Shown: piece after piece, positions 16,861 through 32,421 of the stretch
How positions within the stretch are numbered: the stretch's first letter is position 1
Layout: each line of letters starts with the position of its first letter
Assembly: GCF_009914755.1 (NCBI RefSeq)
Contig: NC_060938.1
Source: the human T2T-CHM13v2.0 reference genome, Homo sapiens
DNA: 64,000 bases
Direction: 5' to 3' (one strand)
Notes under the pieces: generated by a model
Databases searched by the model: none
What the model was told of the DNA's origin: nothing
The model's input: the letters and a program-made list of their open reading frames with translations, nothing else
Made by a program: the position numbers and the translations under genes

Positions 16861-18600
16861 GAGAGTATATAATTTTTTTCATTTGTTTCTCTTCAGGCAA
16901 ATTAAAGTATGAACTTTCCAGCTAATTACTCTTATCCTGAGTCCCAGGGAGTCGACCACCTTCACAATAATTTACAGGTTTTCTCCCTGCCAGTTCTGTT
17001 CTGTGTTTCATCCAAAAAGGCAGATACCCCATTTGTATCAAATTATGCATGACAGTTTGGGAAGTAGGTTGGGTACTTCTATGAAAGCCACAAAAAAACA
17101 AGCTATTGTGTTTCATTACCAACACCACTTTCAGTTCTGGAGGCAAGAGCTTTTGCTGTTTTCAAAGATATTTTATCTCAATTTCGTGTGCCTAGTTGTG
17201 AAGAATTCAAAGTTTCCCTCAGAAAGGTTTAAAGGGTTTGTAAAAAGTACACCTCCCAGGATGCCTTCTGTTCCTTGAATTTAGAAGAACAGAGAAAAGC
17301 AAAAGATGAAACCAAACAGAGACAATGGAAAAGATTAAAAAACAACAACAACAGAAACAAATCATGGTATATGAAATCAACTTTAGTTATTCTGCAGATG
17401 AGGAGTTTTTTCTCACTTCAGTTAACAGTTCATTCGGAATGCAATTGACTTGCATTGTTGGGATCTTTTATGAGTTTTATATATGTATGTATGTATGTAT
17501 AACTTTGTTAACTTTTATTTGTTTCTGGGCAAAGAATATGGGCAATATCACCTACCTCAGTAGGCTAATATAAAAGTAAAATAAAGTATTTATACAACTT
17601 ATTTACAACATAAATAAGATATTTATGCTGAACTTCAACTAGTTCGGTGGGGGAGCATTCCATTCTTGGCTGACTGCTGAGGCTATGTGGTCTTATATGC
17701 AGCCTCTACCAGAGCCAGAACTTTGTCTCAAAAAGAAAATAAACTCATGCCTAATAAAGCATGGCTTTGCCTCATAATCTTATAAACTTCATACAGCCCT
17801 TTTCTCAGCATTTTCATCAGTCATAGAATTAGCTGGGTCAAAAAGAAGGGCACTTTGCACTTTAATCAAAACCAGCTGAAGATATTTTTCTGGCCCTGGG
17901 TCACACCCATAGTTGACAGCCTCCTTGGTTACTGGTTAATGTAACCAAGCTTCTCATCCAAATGTGTTGCATGTTAACTCTAAATTCAGGAGACCATTAC
18001 ATAACAATAAGTGGTCCAGGAGCAGCGATGAGTCCTTTACTTTACAGATAGTATCCTGACACACCACAGATTCCTTGATCCCCAGAAACTTTAGAGCTAG
18101 CAAACACCTCTGTTTTTTCATGATGTTTAATCACTCTGCCTCTTGAACGTGTCTAAGACTCGATTTCTTCACAGTCTCGAAATACAATTAAGATAATATG
18201 GTAAATGATGAAGACTTGTATAAGGTTCTATGGATTGGATTGTAAAATGGTCAGAGTTCCTGCCAGCTAAATTGTGTCTCAGAGTAAGAGAGCTGAGTTG
18301 ATCCTGAGACAAAATAATGAAAATATATATTCCTTCGAAATGACAGTAAAGTAGATATAGAAAAAAGAACATACTTCATTCATGCCAGGTATCAAGATTT
18401 TACTCATTTGCAGCATCAGCTGCAATTAAAGTCTTTATCTGACTATGTTTATTGATAGTCCTTGCTGGTCTCCGAAACCTATCTACTTCTGTACCAGCTG
18501 AGCTGGAGAGATAGAAGGAATGTGATTGGAGTCCTGCCTTGCAAATTTTACATCTTTGATATTGGTGGTAATGTTTGTGATTCCACTAGAAATATAATCA

Positions 18601-19017
18601 CAATTGACCCTTGCTCAATGCAGGCATTTGGGGACTGACCTCTTGACATTCAAAAATTTGTGTATAGATTTTGACTCCCTAAGACCTTTTCTAACAGCCT
18701 ACTATTGACCAGAGGCTTTCTGATAACATAAACAGTTGATTAAAACATAGTTTTTATATATATTATATGCTGTGTTACTACAATAAAGTAAGCTAGAAAA
18801 AAGTATTATTAACAAAATCTAAAAGAAGAGTAAACATTTGGTATTCATTAAGTGAAAGTGGATTATCATAAAGGCCTTCATCTTTGTTGTCTTCATGTTG
18901 AGTAGATTGATGGGAAAAGGAATTGGTCTTGTTGTGTCACATGTTGCAGAAGTGGAAGAAAATCAATGTATAATTGGATTCATGCAGTTGAAACTCATGT
19001 TATCCAAGAGTCAACTC
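18601..19017. mobile_element. Tigger2a (MER28)-like Tc1/mariner DNA transposon
   Basis: Termini caattgaccctt / caagagtcaactc followed by TA. Internal taacagcctactattgaccagagg...caataaagtaagctagaaaa...aagtggattatcataaagg. Confidence 0.85.
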
Positions 19018-20252
19018 TATTATAGTATTATTTACTTTGACTTTTAAAAAACATTCCAGAGACTTCTTTATAACCTTTCACATCAGAACAGCTTATGGTC
19101 CAGGGGGCTAATATGGGAACCTGCCAGTTTCTAAGGACATACTTCAAACATGCATTTTTGAATTGGGTAAGTGTGCATGTGATATTTTTTGACTCCTAGT
19201 AAGCCTATAATATTATAGACAAATATTATAATGCAGTTTGTTGCTACCCCTTATAAGTTGCATCTCTAGGTCACATTGACTTTCTGTAATCTCAAGAGTT
19301 AATGGAAGCCAGGAGATCCAGCATCCCCTACTGCAAAAAAAAAACAAAAAAAAAAAAAAAAAACAACAACAAAAAAAAACATTTTCTCTGTATTTCTCCA
19401 TCTCCTTCCTTAAGGAAGAAGATTTATAGAACCTTTATAGAAGCTTATCTTTACCATTTGTGAAGATAACAGTTACTTTCTCAAAGTTACCAGGCCTTTT
19501 CTGGGTTTGTAGGTACATGGAATAATTTTAAAATAGAAATTGGGTGAGAAGTCACAAGCATCTACCATGATTGGTTATAAAAATCAAGTAGGACCTCGAT
19601 GGGATGCCCATCTTGATGATATGTGCTCTACAGCCCCTATAATTACTTAAGTGCTGTCAATTACCTCTGCAAGCCTCAACATTTAGGTTCCCTTGGTGGT
19701 CTGCTGCCTCTCATGGCCCCCACACTCAACTTACCTCTGAAAGTCATGTTGGTCTTCGACCTCCTCAACTCTGGAATCTTTTTATTCCCATTATGTCAGG
19801 GAGACCATTTTGATGGCCCCATCACCTACCACCTACTAAAATAATTTTTAGAAACGTTTGTTCTTTTCCTACCAATGCATTTTAAAAGGCTTTGGTGTAG
19901 AAGGTACATTCTGGGTTCTCACTAACCATAGTTAATGGTTGAATGACTGAGCAAGAAAATTTCACTCAGTTTTTATAATCTTTCTTGGCTTCTTGATTTC
20001 TTATTCTATGATCTACCAAATGGTATTTATCATCTCAGTGATGTAATGAGCTATGACGGAATCCAGATTGTAACTGCTAAAATCAACACGTGGAATCAAG
20101 TCTTTGTTAAGTGCACTCATGGTGATGAAGTCAACTTAACTCAACTTAACCAAAACATTATATTCTCCTATCCTTCATCAAATACTCTCAGGATCTATTT
20201 TGATATTTTCACCAGAATTTTGCAAATCAAATGAACAAACTCCACCAACATT

Positions 20253-20589
<337 letters not shown>

Positions 20590-21349
20590 TAAACATTTGT
20601 TTCCAAAATAAACTGGGAGCTTATTCTAGCTATAGAAATGGAGACAAAAGGATTGGGAGACTGGCTGAGAGCTCATGAAGAAGATTTGGTTTTAGATTCA
20701 GGGTAATTCCTTCAAGTGAGGAAGTCATAAACATTTTCAAGCAAAGCAGAAGTTCTTTGGGTGACACAGGCGGTTTGGTGGAGACTGGGCATTGGAGCAT
20801 CCCAAATGCACTACATCGTGCCTTGTAACTCTGTCTCAATATCAGGATCCCACCTCTTATCAATATCTGAAATTTTGCAGACGATATTAGGAAAGACTAT
20901 GAATTTGACTCCTTTTGTAATTCAGCAACATGAAGCCTTGAACTTTGCATTTAGATTTTTATCACTTTTATTCTGTAGCTGCTAAGAATGAGAGATTCTT
21001 TATCATAGTCCTGGAAGATTCTTAGGGTTTAGTTATTTTACCAGGTAGTCAGAGGTTGTAGCATGGTGGGGTATTCAGCTGTTTAGACTTGTTCAAAGCA
21101 ATGCTCCACAATCAGAGTTCTCAAAATTTCATGTTCTTTCTATAGCAACTATCATTTTGTTTTCTTAAGGCCAACCCTCAATAAGCACTTAATTTCCGTC
21201 TATAACCAGTGAGAACTTAGCTTTCTGTTTCATCTCCTATCTTTTCTCTAAATAGTAATTATATTTTCACTTGGCAGGTAACCAATACCAGATTACCTGT
21301 TTTCCCTGAGGGTTTCTTGCCTGCAACCCACTTTCTGTACCCAATTTCT

Positions 21350-21800
21350 ATACCAGTGACGGTTTTTTAATGCAGACATCAACAAGAGATGCTGCTAATT
21401 TTAACAAGAAAGGACTTCTTAAGGAAGTAACATAGATAGGTCACAGAATCCATTGGGAGGCTGAAGAATCAACTTCAGATAATGAGAAAGAAACTTGAGG
21501 AGCTGGATGCAAGGTAATGACTCATCCTGGTTTTCCCAGGGATCTCCCTATTTTAGCACTGAAAGTTGATACCTTGAAAAATCCCTCAGTCCTTTGCAAA
21601 CTAGAACTACTGGTTACCCTCACTGGGTGGCTACAAAAGTAGCTAAGGACACAGCACAGGAACAGTCTGGCTAAATTGCCACTGTCACTACCACAGATGT
21701 CAGAAACTGTCTCTGATTCCACTGTGACCACTGATTCTAGAAATAATGTACCATTACCCACTTCCAAATTCTAAATGGTCACACAGAGTCTATATTGGGC
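21350..21800 (-). mobile_element. Old ERVL-class LTR (LTR67B/MLT1L-like, subfamily unresolved), probable 5' LTR of the ERV-L remnant
   Basis: Begins right after the gtacccaatttc junction: gctgctaattttaacaagaaagga...ggtcacagaatccattgggaggctgaagaatc. Right boundary approximate. Confidence 0.55.
21512..21621. mobile_element. MER81-like hAT-Blackjack MITE
   Basis: ttttagcactgaaagt...aatccctcagtcc...caaactagaac...ggttaccct matches the recalled MER81 core and terminus. Confidence 0.65.
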
Positions 21801-21993
21801 ACTAGCTGCAGAGTCAAAATTTATATCCAGATCATCTCTTTTAACCTCTGGCCTCTTCCTACTAAATGCCAAAGGTCAACTTTTTTGGGTTTCTTAGCTT
21901 CTTTTATCAGAGGCTTAGCTCTTGGCTTTCACTAGAACTCTCATGAGGATACGCAGACCCCAAAAAAGAAAAAAAAAGACATTCTATTATAGG

Positions 21994-22125
21994 GGTAAGT
22001 AAACAAGATGAGTGAAGAAAGGTAATATGGTTTGGCTGTGTCCCCACCCAAATCTCATCTTGAATTGCAGCTCCCATAATTCCCACATGTTCTTGGAGGG
22101 ACCCGGTGGGAGGTAATTGAATCAT
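21994..22125 (+). repeat. Tandem duplicate of the THE1 LTR 5' junction (flank plus first ~100 bp of LTR)
   Basis: ggtaagtaaacaagatgagtgaagaaaggtaatatggtttgg...gaatcat recurs immediately at 22126-~22259. Confidence 0.9.
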
Positions 22126-22157
22126 GGTGAGTAAACAACAAGATGAGTGAAGGAAGG

Positions 22158-22521
22158 TGATATGGTTTGGGTGTGGTCCTCACCCAAATCTCATCTTGAA
22201 TTGTAGCTCCCGTAATTCCCACATGTGGGAGGGACCTGGTGGGAGGTAATTGAATCATGGGGGCGGTTACCCCCATGCTGTTCTCATGATAGTGAATAAG
22301 TCTCATGAGATCTGATGGCTTCATAAAGGGGAGTTCCCCTGCACAAGTTCTCTCTTGCCTGCTGCCATGTAACATATGACTTTGCTCCTCCTTTGCCTTC
22401 TGCCATGATTGTGAGGCCTCCCCAGCCATGTGGAACTGTGAGTCCATTAAACCTTTTTTTCTTTATAAATTACCCAGTCTCAGGGATGTCTTTATTAGCA
22501 GTGTGAGAACTGACTAACACA
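22158..22521 (+). mobile_element. THE1 (THE1C-like) solo LTR
   Basis: tgatatggtttgg...cccaaatctcatcttgaattgtagctccc...gtgagaactgactaacaca. TSD gaagg / gaatg. Confidence 0.92.
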
Positions 22522-23188
22522 GAATGAAACCAAAAGAACACTGGAGTTATCAAAAATCATATAAGATCATAGTACATGAAAACCATCAGAATATGAGAAA
22601 GCTTATTTAGCAGTTTGGTATAAAGCTATGGGGGTAGATAATACATAGATTATAGTATACTTGATGAGTGAGCATAAGGATAGACTAATTCAGCATTTAC
22701 CACCTACGAATTTCCAAATGGGTCAGAGTGTGAGCTTCTCAACTGAAGTCATTGATGTGTTGGGTTCATTTCTTTTATTATTTGATCATGCTATTTTCAA
22801 TGGATATTGTTTAATGTTTTAAGGAAATACAATACAAAATTAAAATTAAATTGAAAATAAAGTATCTGATGTAATTTCTCTGAAACATTGAATTTGAACT
22901 TCTAACTAGTAAGCCTTAGAGATAATTATATAAAACTGATGATCAGCTTGAAAACAGCTCATTCTCAGTTTCATGGAGAATAGTCTGCACCATCTAGTCT
23001 TGTGTACATATGTTTTCTCTACATTGACATTCACTTGTTACATCGTGGTAGAGGATGCGAATTAAAAGAAAAAATTTTAGCAATCAAAAACCTTTCTAGT
23101 TTCCCTTAACTTCTAATTAGCTTTTGTGGAGTTGTTAAGGTACTGGTCAGGCTGGATAAATGATGAGTTCTAAGAAATAACCTCCCTC

Positions 23189-23501
<313 letters not shown>

Positions 23502-25057
23502 AAGAAATAACCTCCCTCATTGTTTATCTTTTACCTGATAAACTGAAAATTAATAGTGACTTTGAAATCATCTTCAAAAACTCAGACAACAACCTTTATG
23601 GTTTAATCTCCACATACTGCATTTCTAAGACTTTTAAAATGCCATCAACTTCAAGAGAAATTATTGTGAATATAACTTAGCAAAAAAGTGGCATGCATAG
23701 TTGTAATAAAAATGTATATATCTATGTGTCAGTCTTTAGAATACAAAATTGAGCATTTTGTAAAAATTACATTGAGGCACAGTGCAACATTTGTTCAATT
23801 TTAACAAAATAAGCTTCAAGCATGAAATCAGAAGCAATATTATTAGAACAAAGATGACCTGATGACTTTTAATCTTAGGCTTTTTTACTTGGTGAGTTTT
23901 GTAATGAGAGACTGATAACCCCAGCTCAACATTTTCAACCATAGAGTCCAGATGAGTAAAAGATAGGTCTACAATCTTTTCAAACATGTATGTAGATGTT
24001 TAATAGATCTTTTAGTTGCCGCAGTCACTGTGTTCTCTGTTGCTGACCTCCAGCTTGCATCTGAGAGATGTAGGTGAGATTTTGTTATAAACTGGCTCCG
24101 ACCTTTGCCTGGGAGGAACAAAGGTGTTTAAAAATAGCTGTTCTTTTGATGCCTCCTGCACTGAGCTCCAGAAGGATGTGCATTTATTATGACACTCATT
24201 TTGTGCATTATTAAATGAAATAGTAGAGAGAAGTGTATGACATCACTTACATGGCAAAGCCATTAATAGGCCAATGGCAGAGGCCACATTTCCTCTTCAT
24301 CAAATTCTGACAGCTTTAGTGTCTATAATGTCACTGTCTATTTTGAAAGAGTTGCACCTATTCAGGCTGAATTAAAAGTCACCAATAGCAAAGTGTAGCC
24401 TATCAACAGGTAAATATTCATCATTAATCAACCAATTAATGTGTCGTACTTCTGTGGACACGTCAGCTCTCACTTGAATATTTTTCTTTGTTTTAACCAA
24501 GAACTCAACACAGCTCCTTGATGTGGTAAAACTACTAAAGAAGAAGGCAACACAATTGTATGCTGAATGGATTTTTCTTTCTTAATCCTAAGAGCAGTTA
24601 TTGAATTAGTTTTAAACATTTGATATGAGATTGACTGAATGTTTACTAGACTTGACCTTTTAGGCCAATCTTGCTGGCTTATCTGGTTTTCTGGGAGAAT
24701 ACAAATCCATTGTATTTTACAAAAATGTGAAAAATCTGTTTTACAGCTATTACATTGTCAAGAGTTACCAAAAATGTAAAATACAGGCATGAAGGATAAT
24801 AATGTTTATGGTCCATTTTATTTTAGCAGGCTTAGCCCAAGAATCAAGTAAAGTATACAGAAGATGAGAATTTGATCATGAGGAGAGTTTATTTCTCGAA
24901 ATCAGAGTGAAGTACACAGATTAATTTTCTTTCCATGAATTTATATTTTGATGTTTTACTTTCAATGACATTTTCTTCTTGGGACATCTTGGAGATACTT
25001 CTATCAAAATATTAAAATTACTCTTCCTCAAACATTAAAATTGTTATCAACATTCTT

Positions 25058-25357
25058 TTTCTTTTCTTTTTTTTTTTTTTTTTTTGAGATGGAGTCTCAC
25101 TCTGTTGCCCAGGCTGGACTGCAGTGACGTGATCTTGGTTCACTGCAACCTCTTTCTCCTGGGTTCAAACAATTCCCCTGCCTCAGACTCCTGAGTAGTT
25201 GGGACCACAGGCGTCCGCCACCATGCCTGACTAATTTTGTATTTTTAGCAGAGATGGGGTTTACCGTCTTGGTCAGGCTTATCTTGAACTCCTGACCTTG
25301 TAATCCACCCACCTCAGCCTCCCAAAGTGCTGGGATTACAGGCCACCATGCCCTGCC
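25058..25357 (-). mobile_element. AluS (Sg/Sc-like)
   Basis: Antisense Alu. TSD aacattctt (25049-25057 / 25358-25366). Small deletion near its 5' end (ttacaggccacc). Confidence 0.9.
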
Positions 25358-25428
25358 AACATTCTTATTTTACATAAAGGATCCAAGGAATTATGTGTTT
25401 CCTAAATACTAATGTAATATTTAGTCAC

Positions 25429-25459
<31 letters not shown>

Positions 25460-25678
25460 TATTTTTTATTATTATTATACTTTAAGTTTTAGGGTACATG
25501 TGCACAATGTGCAGGTTAGTTACATATGTATACATGTGCCATGCTGGTGCGCTGCACCCACTAACTCGTCATCTAGCATTAGGTATATCTCCCAGTGGTA
25601 TCCCTCCCCCCTCCCCCCACCCCACAACAGTCCCCAGAGTGTGATGTTCCCCTTCCTGTGTCCATGTGTTCTCATTGT

Positions 25679-29506
<3,828 letters not shown>

Positions 29507-29569
29507 GATGATGTTAGCTGGTTATTTTGCTCATTAGTTGATGCAGTTTCTTCCTAGTCTCGATGGTCT

Positions 29570-30664
29570 TTACATTTTGGCATGATTTTGCAGCGGCTGG
29601 TACCGGTTTTTCCTTTCCATATTTAGTACTTCATTCAGGAGCTCTTTTAGGGCAGGCCTGGTGGTGACAAAATCTCTCAGCATTTGCTTGTCTGTGAAGT
29701 ATTTTATTTCTCCTTCATTTATGAAGCTTAGTTTGGCTGGATATGAAATTCTGGGTTGAAAATTGTTTTCTGTAAGAATGTTGAATATTGGCCCCCACTC
29801 TCTTCTGGCTTGTAGGGTTTCTGCTGAGAGATCCACTGTTAGTCTGATGGGCTTCCCTTTGAGGGTAACACGACCTTTCTCTCTGGCTTGTAGGGTTTCG
29901 ACTGCAAGATCCGCTGTTAGTCTGATGGGCTTCCCTTTGAGGGTAACCCGACCTTTCTCTCTGGCTGCCCTTAACATTTTTTCCTTCATTTCAACTTTGG
30001 TGAATCTGACAATTATGTGTCTTGGAGTTGCTCTTCTCGAGGAGTATCTTTGTGGCATTCTCTGTATTTCCTGAATCTGAATGTTGGCCTGCCTTGGTAG
30101 ATTGGGGAAGTTCTCCTGGATAATATGCTGCAGCGTGTTTTCCAACTTGGTTCCATTCTCCTCGTTACTTTCAGGTACACCAATCAGACGTAGATTTGGT
30201 CTTTTCACATAGTCCCATATTTCTTGGAGGCTTTGCTCGTTTCTTTTTATTCTTTTTTCTCTAAACTTCCCTTCTCGCTTCATTTCATTCATTTCATCTT
30301 CCATCACTGATACCCTTTCTTCCAGTTGATCGCGTCGGCTCCTGAGGCTTCTGCATTCTTTACGTAGTTCTCGAGCCTTGGTTTTCAGCTTCATCAGCTC
30401 CTTTAAGCACTTCTCTGTATTGGTTATTCTAGTTATACATTCTTCTAAATTTTGTTTAAAGTTTTCAACTTCTTTGCCTTTGGTTTGAATGTCCTCTTGT
30501 AGCTCGGAGTAATTTGATCATCTGAAGCCTTCTTCTCTCAGCTCGTCAAAGTCATTCTCTGTCCAGCTTTGTTCTGTTGCTGGTTAGGAACTGCGTTCCT
30601 TTGGAGGAGGAGAGGCACTCTGCTTTTTAGAGTTTCCAGTTTTTCTGTTCTGTTTTTTCCCCAT
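29570..30664 (-). pseudogene. L1 #2 ORF1 with codon-49 stop and 26-aa in-frame duplication
   Basis: Span is 1095 bp = 1017 + 78. TGA at 30518-30520. AREKGRVTLKGKPIRLT..L..ETLQ occurs twice. Confidence 0.95.
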
Positions 30665-31925
30665 CTTTGTGGTTTTATCTACTTTTGGTCTTTCTTTGAT
30701 GATGGTGATATACAGATGGTTTTTTGGTGTGGGTGTCCTTTCTGTTTGTTAGATTTCCTTCTAACAGACAGGACCCTCAGCTGCAGGTCTGTTGTAGTAC
30801 CCTGCCATGTGAGGTGTCAGTGTGCCCCTGCTGGGGGGTGCCTGCCAGTTAGGCTGCTCGGGGGTCAGGGGTCAGGGACCCACTTGAGGAGGCAGTCTGC
30901 CCGTTCTCAGATCTCCAGCTGTGTGCTGGGAGAACCCCTGGCTCTCTTCAATGCTGTCAGACAGGGACATTTAAGTCTGCAGAGGTTACTGCTGTCTTTT
31001 TGTTTGTCTGTGCCCTGCCCCCAAGAGGTGGAGCCTACAGAGGCAGGCAGGCCTCCTTGAGCTGTGGTGGGCTCCACCCAGTTGGAGCTTCCTGGCTGCT
31101 TTGTTTACCTAAGCAAGCCTGGGCAATGGCGGATGCCTCTCCCCCAGCCTCGCTGCAGCCTTCAGTTTGATCTCAGACTGTTGTGCCAGCAATCAGCGAG
31201 ACTCCGTGGGCATAGGACTCTCCAAGCCAGGTGCGGGATATAGTCTCCTGGTGCGCCGTTTTTTAAGCCCTTTGGAAAAGCGCAGTATTCGGGTGGGAGT
31301 GACCTGATTTTCCATGTGCCGTCTGTCACCCCTTTCTTTGACTAGGAAAGGGAACTCCCTGACCCCTTGCGCTTCCCAAGTGAGGCAATGCCTCGCCCTG
31401 CTTTGGCTGGCACACGGTGCATGCACCCACTGGCCTGCGCCCACTGTCTGGCACTCCCTAGTGAGATGAACCCGGTACCTCAGATGGAAATGCAGAAATC
31501 ACCCGTCGTCTGCGTCGCTCACGCTGGGAGCTGTAGATTGGAGCTGTTCCTATTCGGCCATCTTCCCTCAAATATCTAGTCACTTATTTTAAAGGAGTTT
31601 GCTGTATTCTAGTCTCCTGGTATATATATACATATATGTATGTATGTATATATATATATACCAGGGTGTAATGTTTAACATTGAAGTAAATGTCTAACAT
31701 GTTTGGCAAACAAAGAACCAGCTCTTTCATTTTATTAAGATAGATATCTGTACATATCTTAAATGTGTGTTTTGAGGCATATGGAAGAAGAAAGGAGGTG
31801 ACGAGTTGCAAATCAAGATAGTATTGAAGATGGTATGTCCACAGTGCTAGATGTCAAGCATCTATCTATCTGTCTATCTATCATCTATCTATAATTATAT
31901 ATATATCTATTTATATATGTATATA

Positions 31926-31971
31926 TAAATTTGATGCAAAAATAATTGCGGTTTTTGCCATTGAAAGTAAT
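31926..31971. mobile_element. Half of a MADE1 (Hsmar1-derived MITE)
   Basis: ttgatgcaaaaataattgcggtttttgccattgaaagtaat is one MADE1 arm plus its centre. The second arm is missing. Confidence 0.75.
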
Positions 31972-32112
31972 CTTAATTTTTAAACTGTCACCTCTTTTAT
32001 TCTTCCATATGCCCCAAAACACACATTTAAGATATGTACGGAAATCTATCTTAATAAAATGAAAGGGCTGGTTCTTTGTTTGCCAAACATGCTAATATAC
32101 TTTGTATATGTG

Positions 32113-32421
32113 GATGGGAGTGCAGGCAGACTCTAGGAGCTGGAGAATGGTTTCAGATTGAGAGTCAACAAGAAAATGAGAACCCTAGTCTTACATCCAC
32201 GAGGAAATGAATTCTGGCAATAATACTGAGATTGGAAGGGGACTCAGATAACATTGCAGTTTTGGCCAACAATTCAATTTCAACCTGGTAAGACTGCACA
32301 GAGGACCCAACTAACTAGTTTCTGGACTTTTGACCCCTAGAAAAAGTAACATCTGAAATTTGTGTTGTTTTATGCTGCTAAGTCTATGCTAATTTGCTAT
32401 GTAGCAACAAAAAGCAAATAC
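32113..32421 (+). mobile_element. MLT1 (D/E-like) LTR 3' portion
   Basis: gcaggcagactctaggagctggag...aagaaaatgagaaccctagtc...aatttgtgttgttttatgctgctaag...gtagcaacaaaaagcaaataca. Confidence 0.75.

Noticed and set aside
19335-19380. Orphan poly(A) as a processed pseudogene or solo-tail insertion
   Set aside because: No TSD or upstream cDNA-like body is discernible; treated as low complexity.
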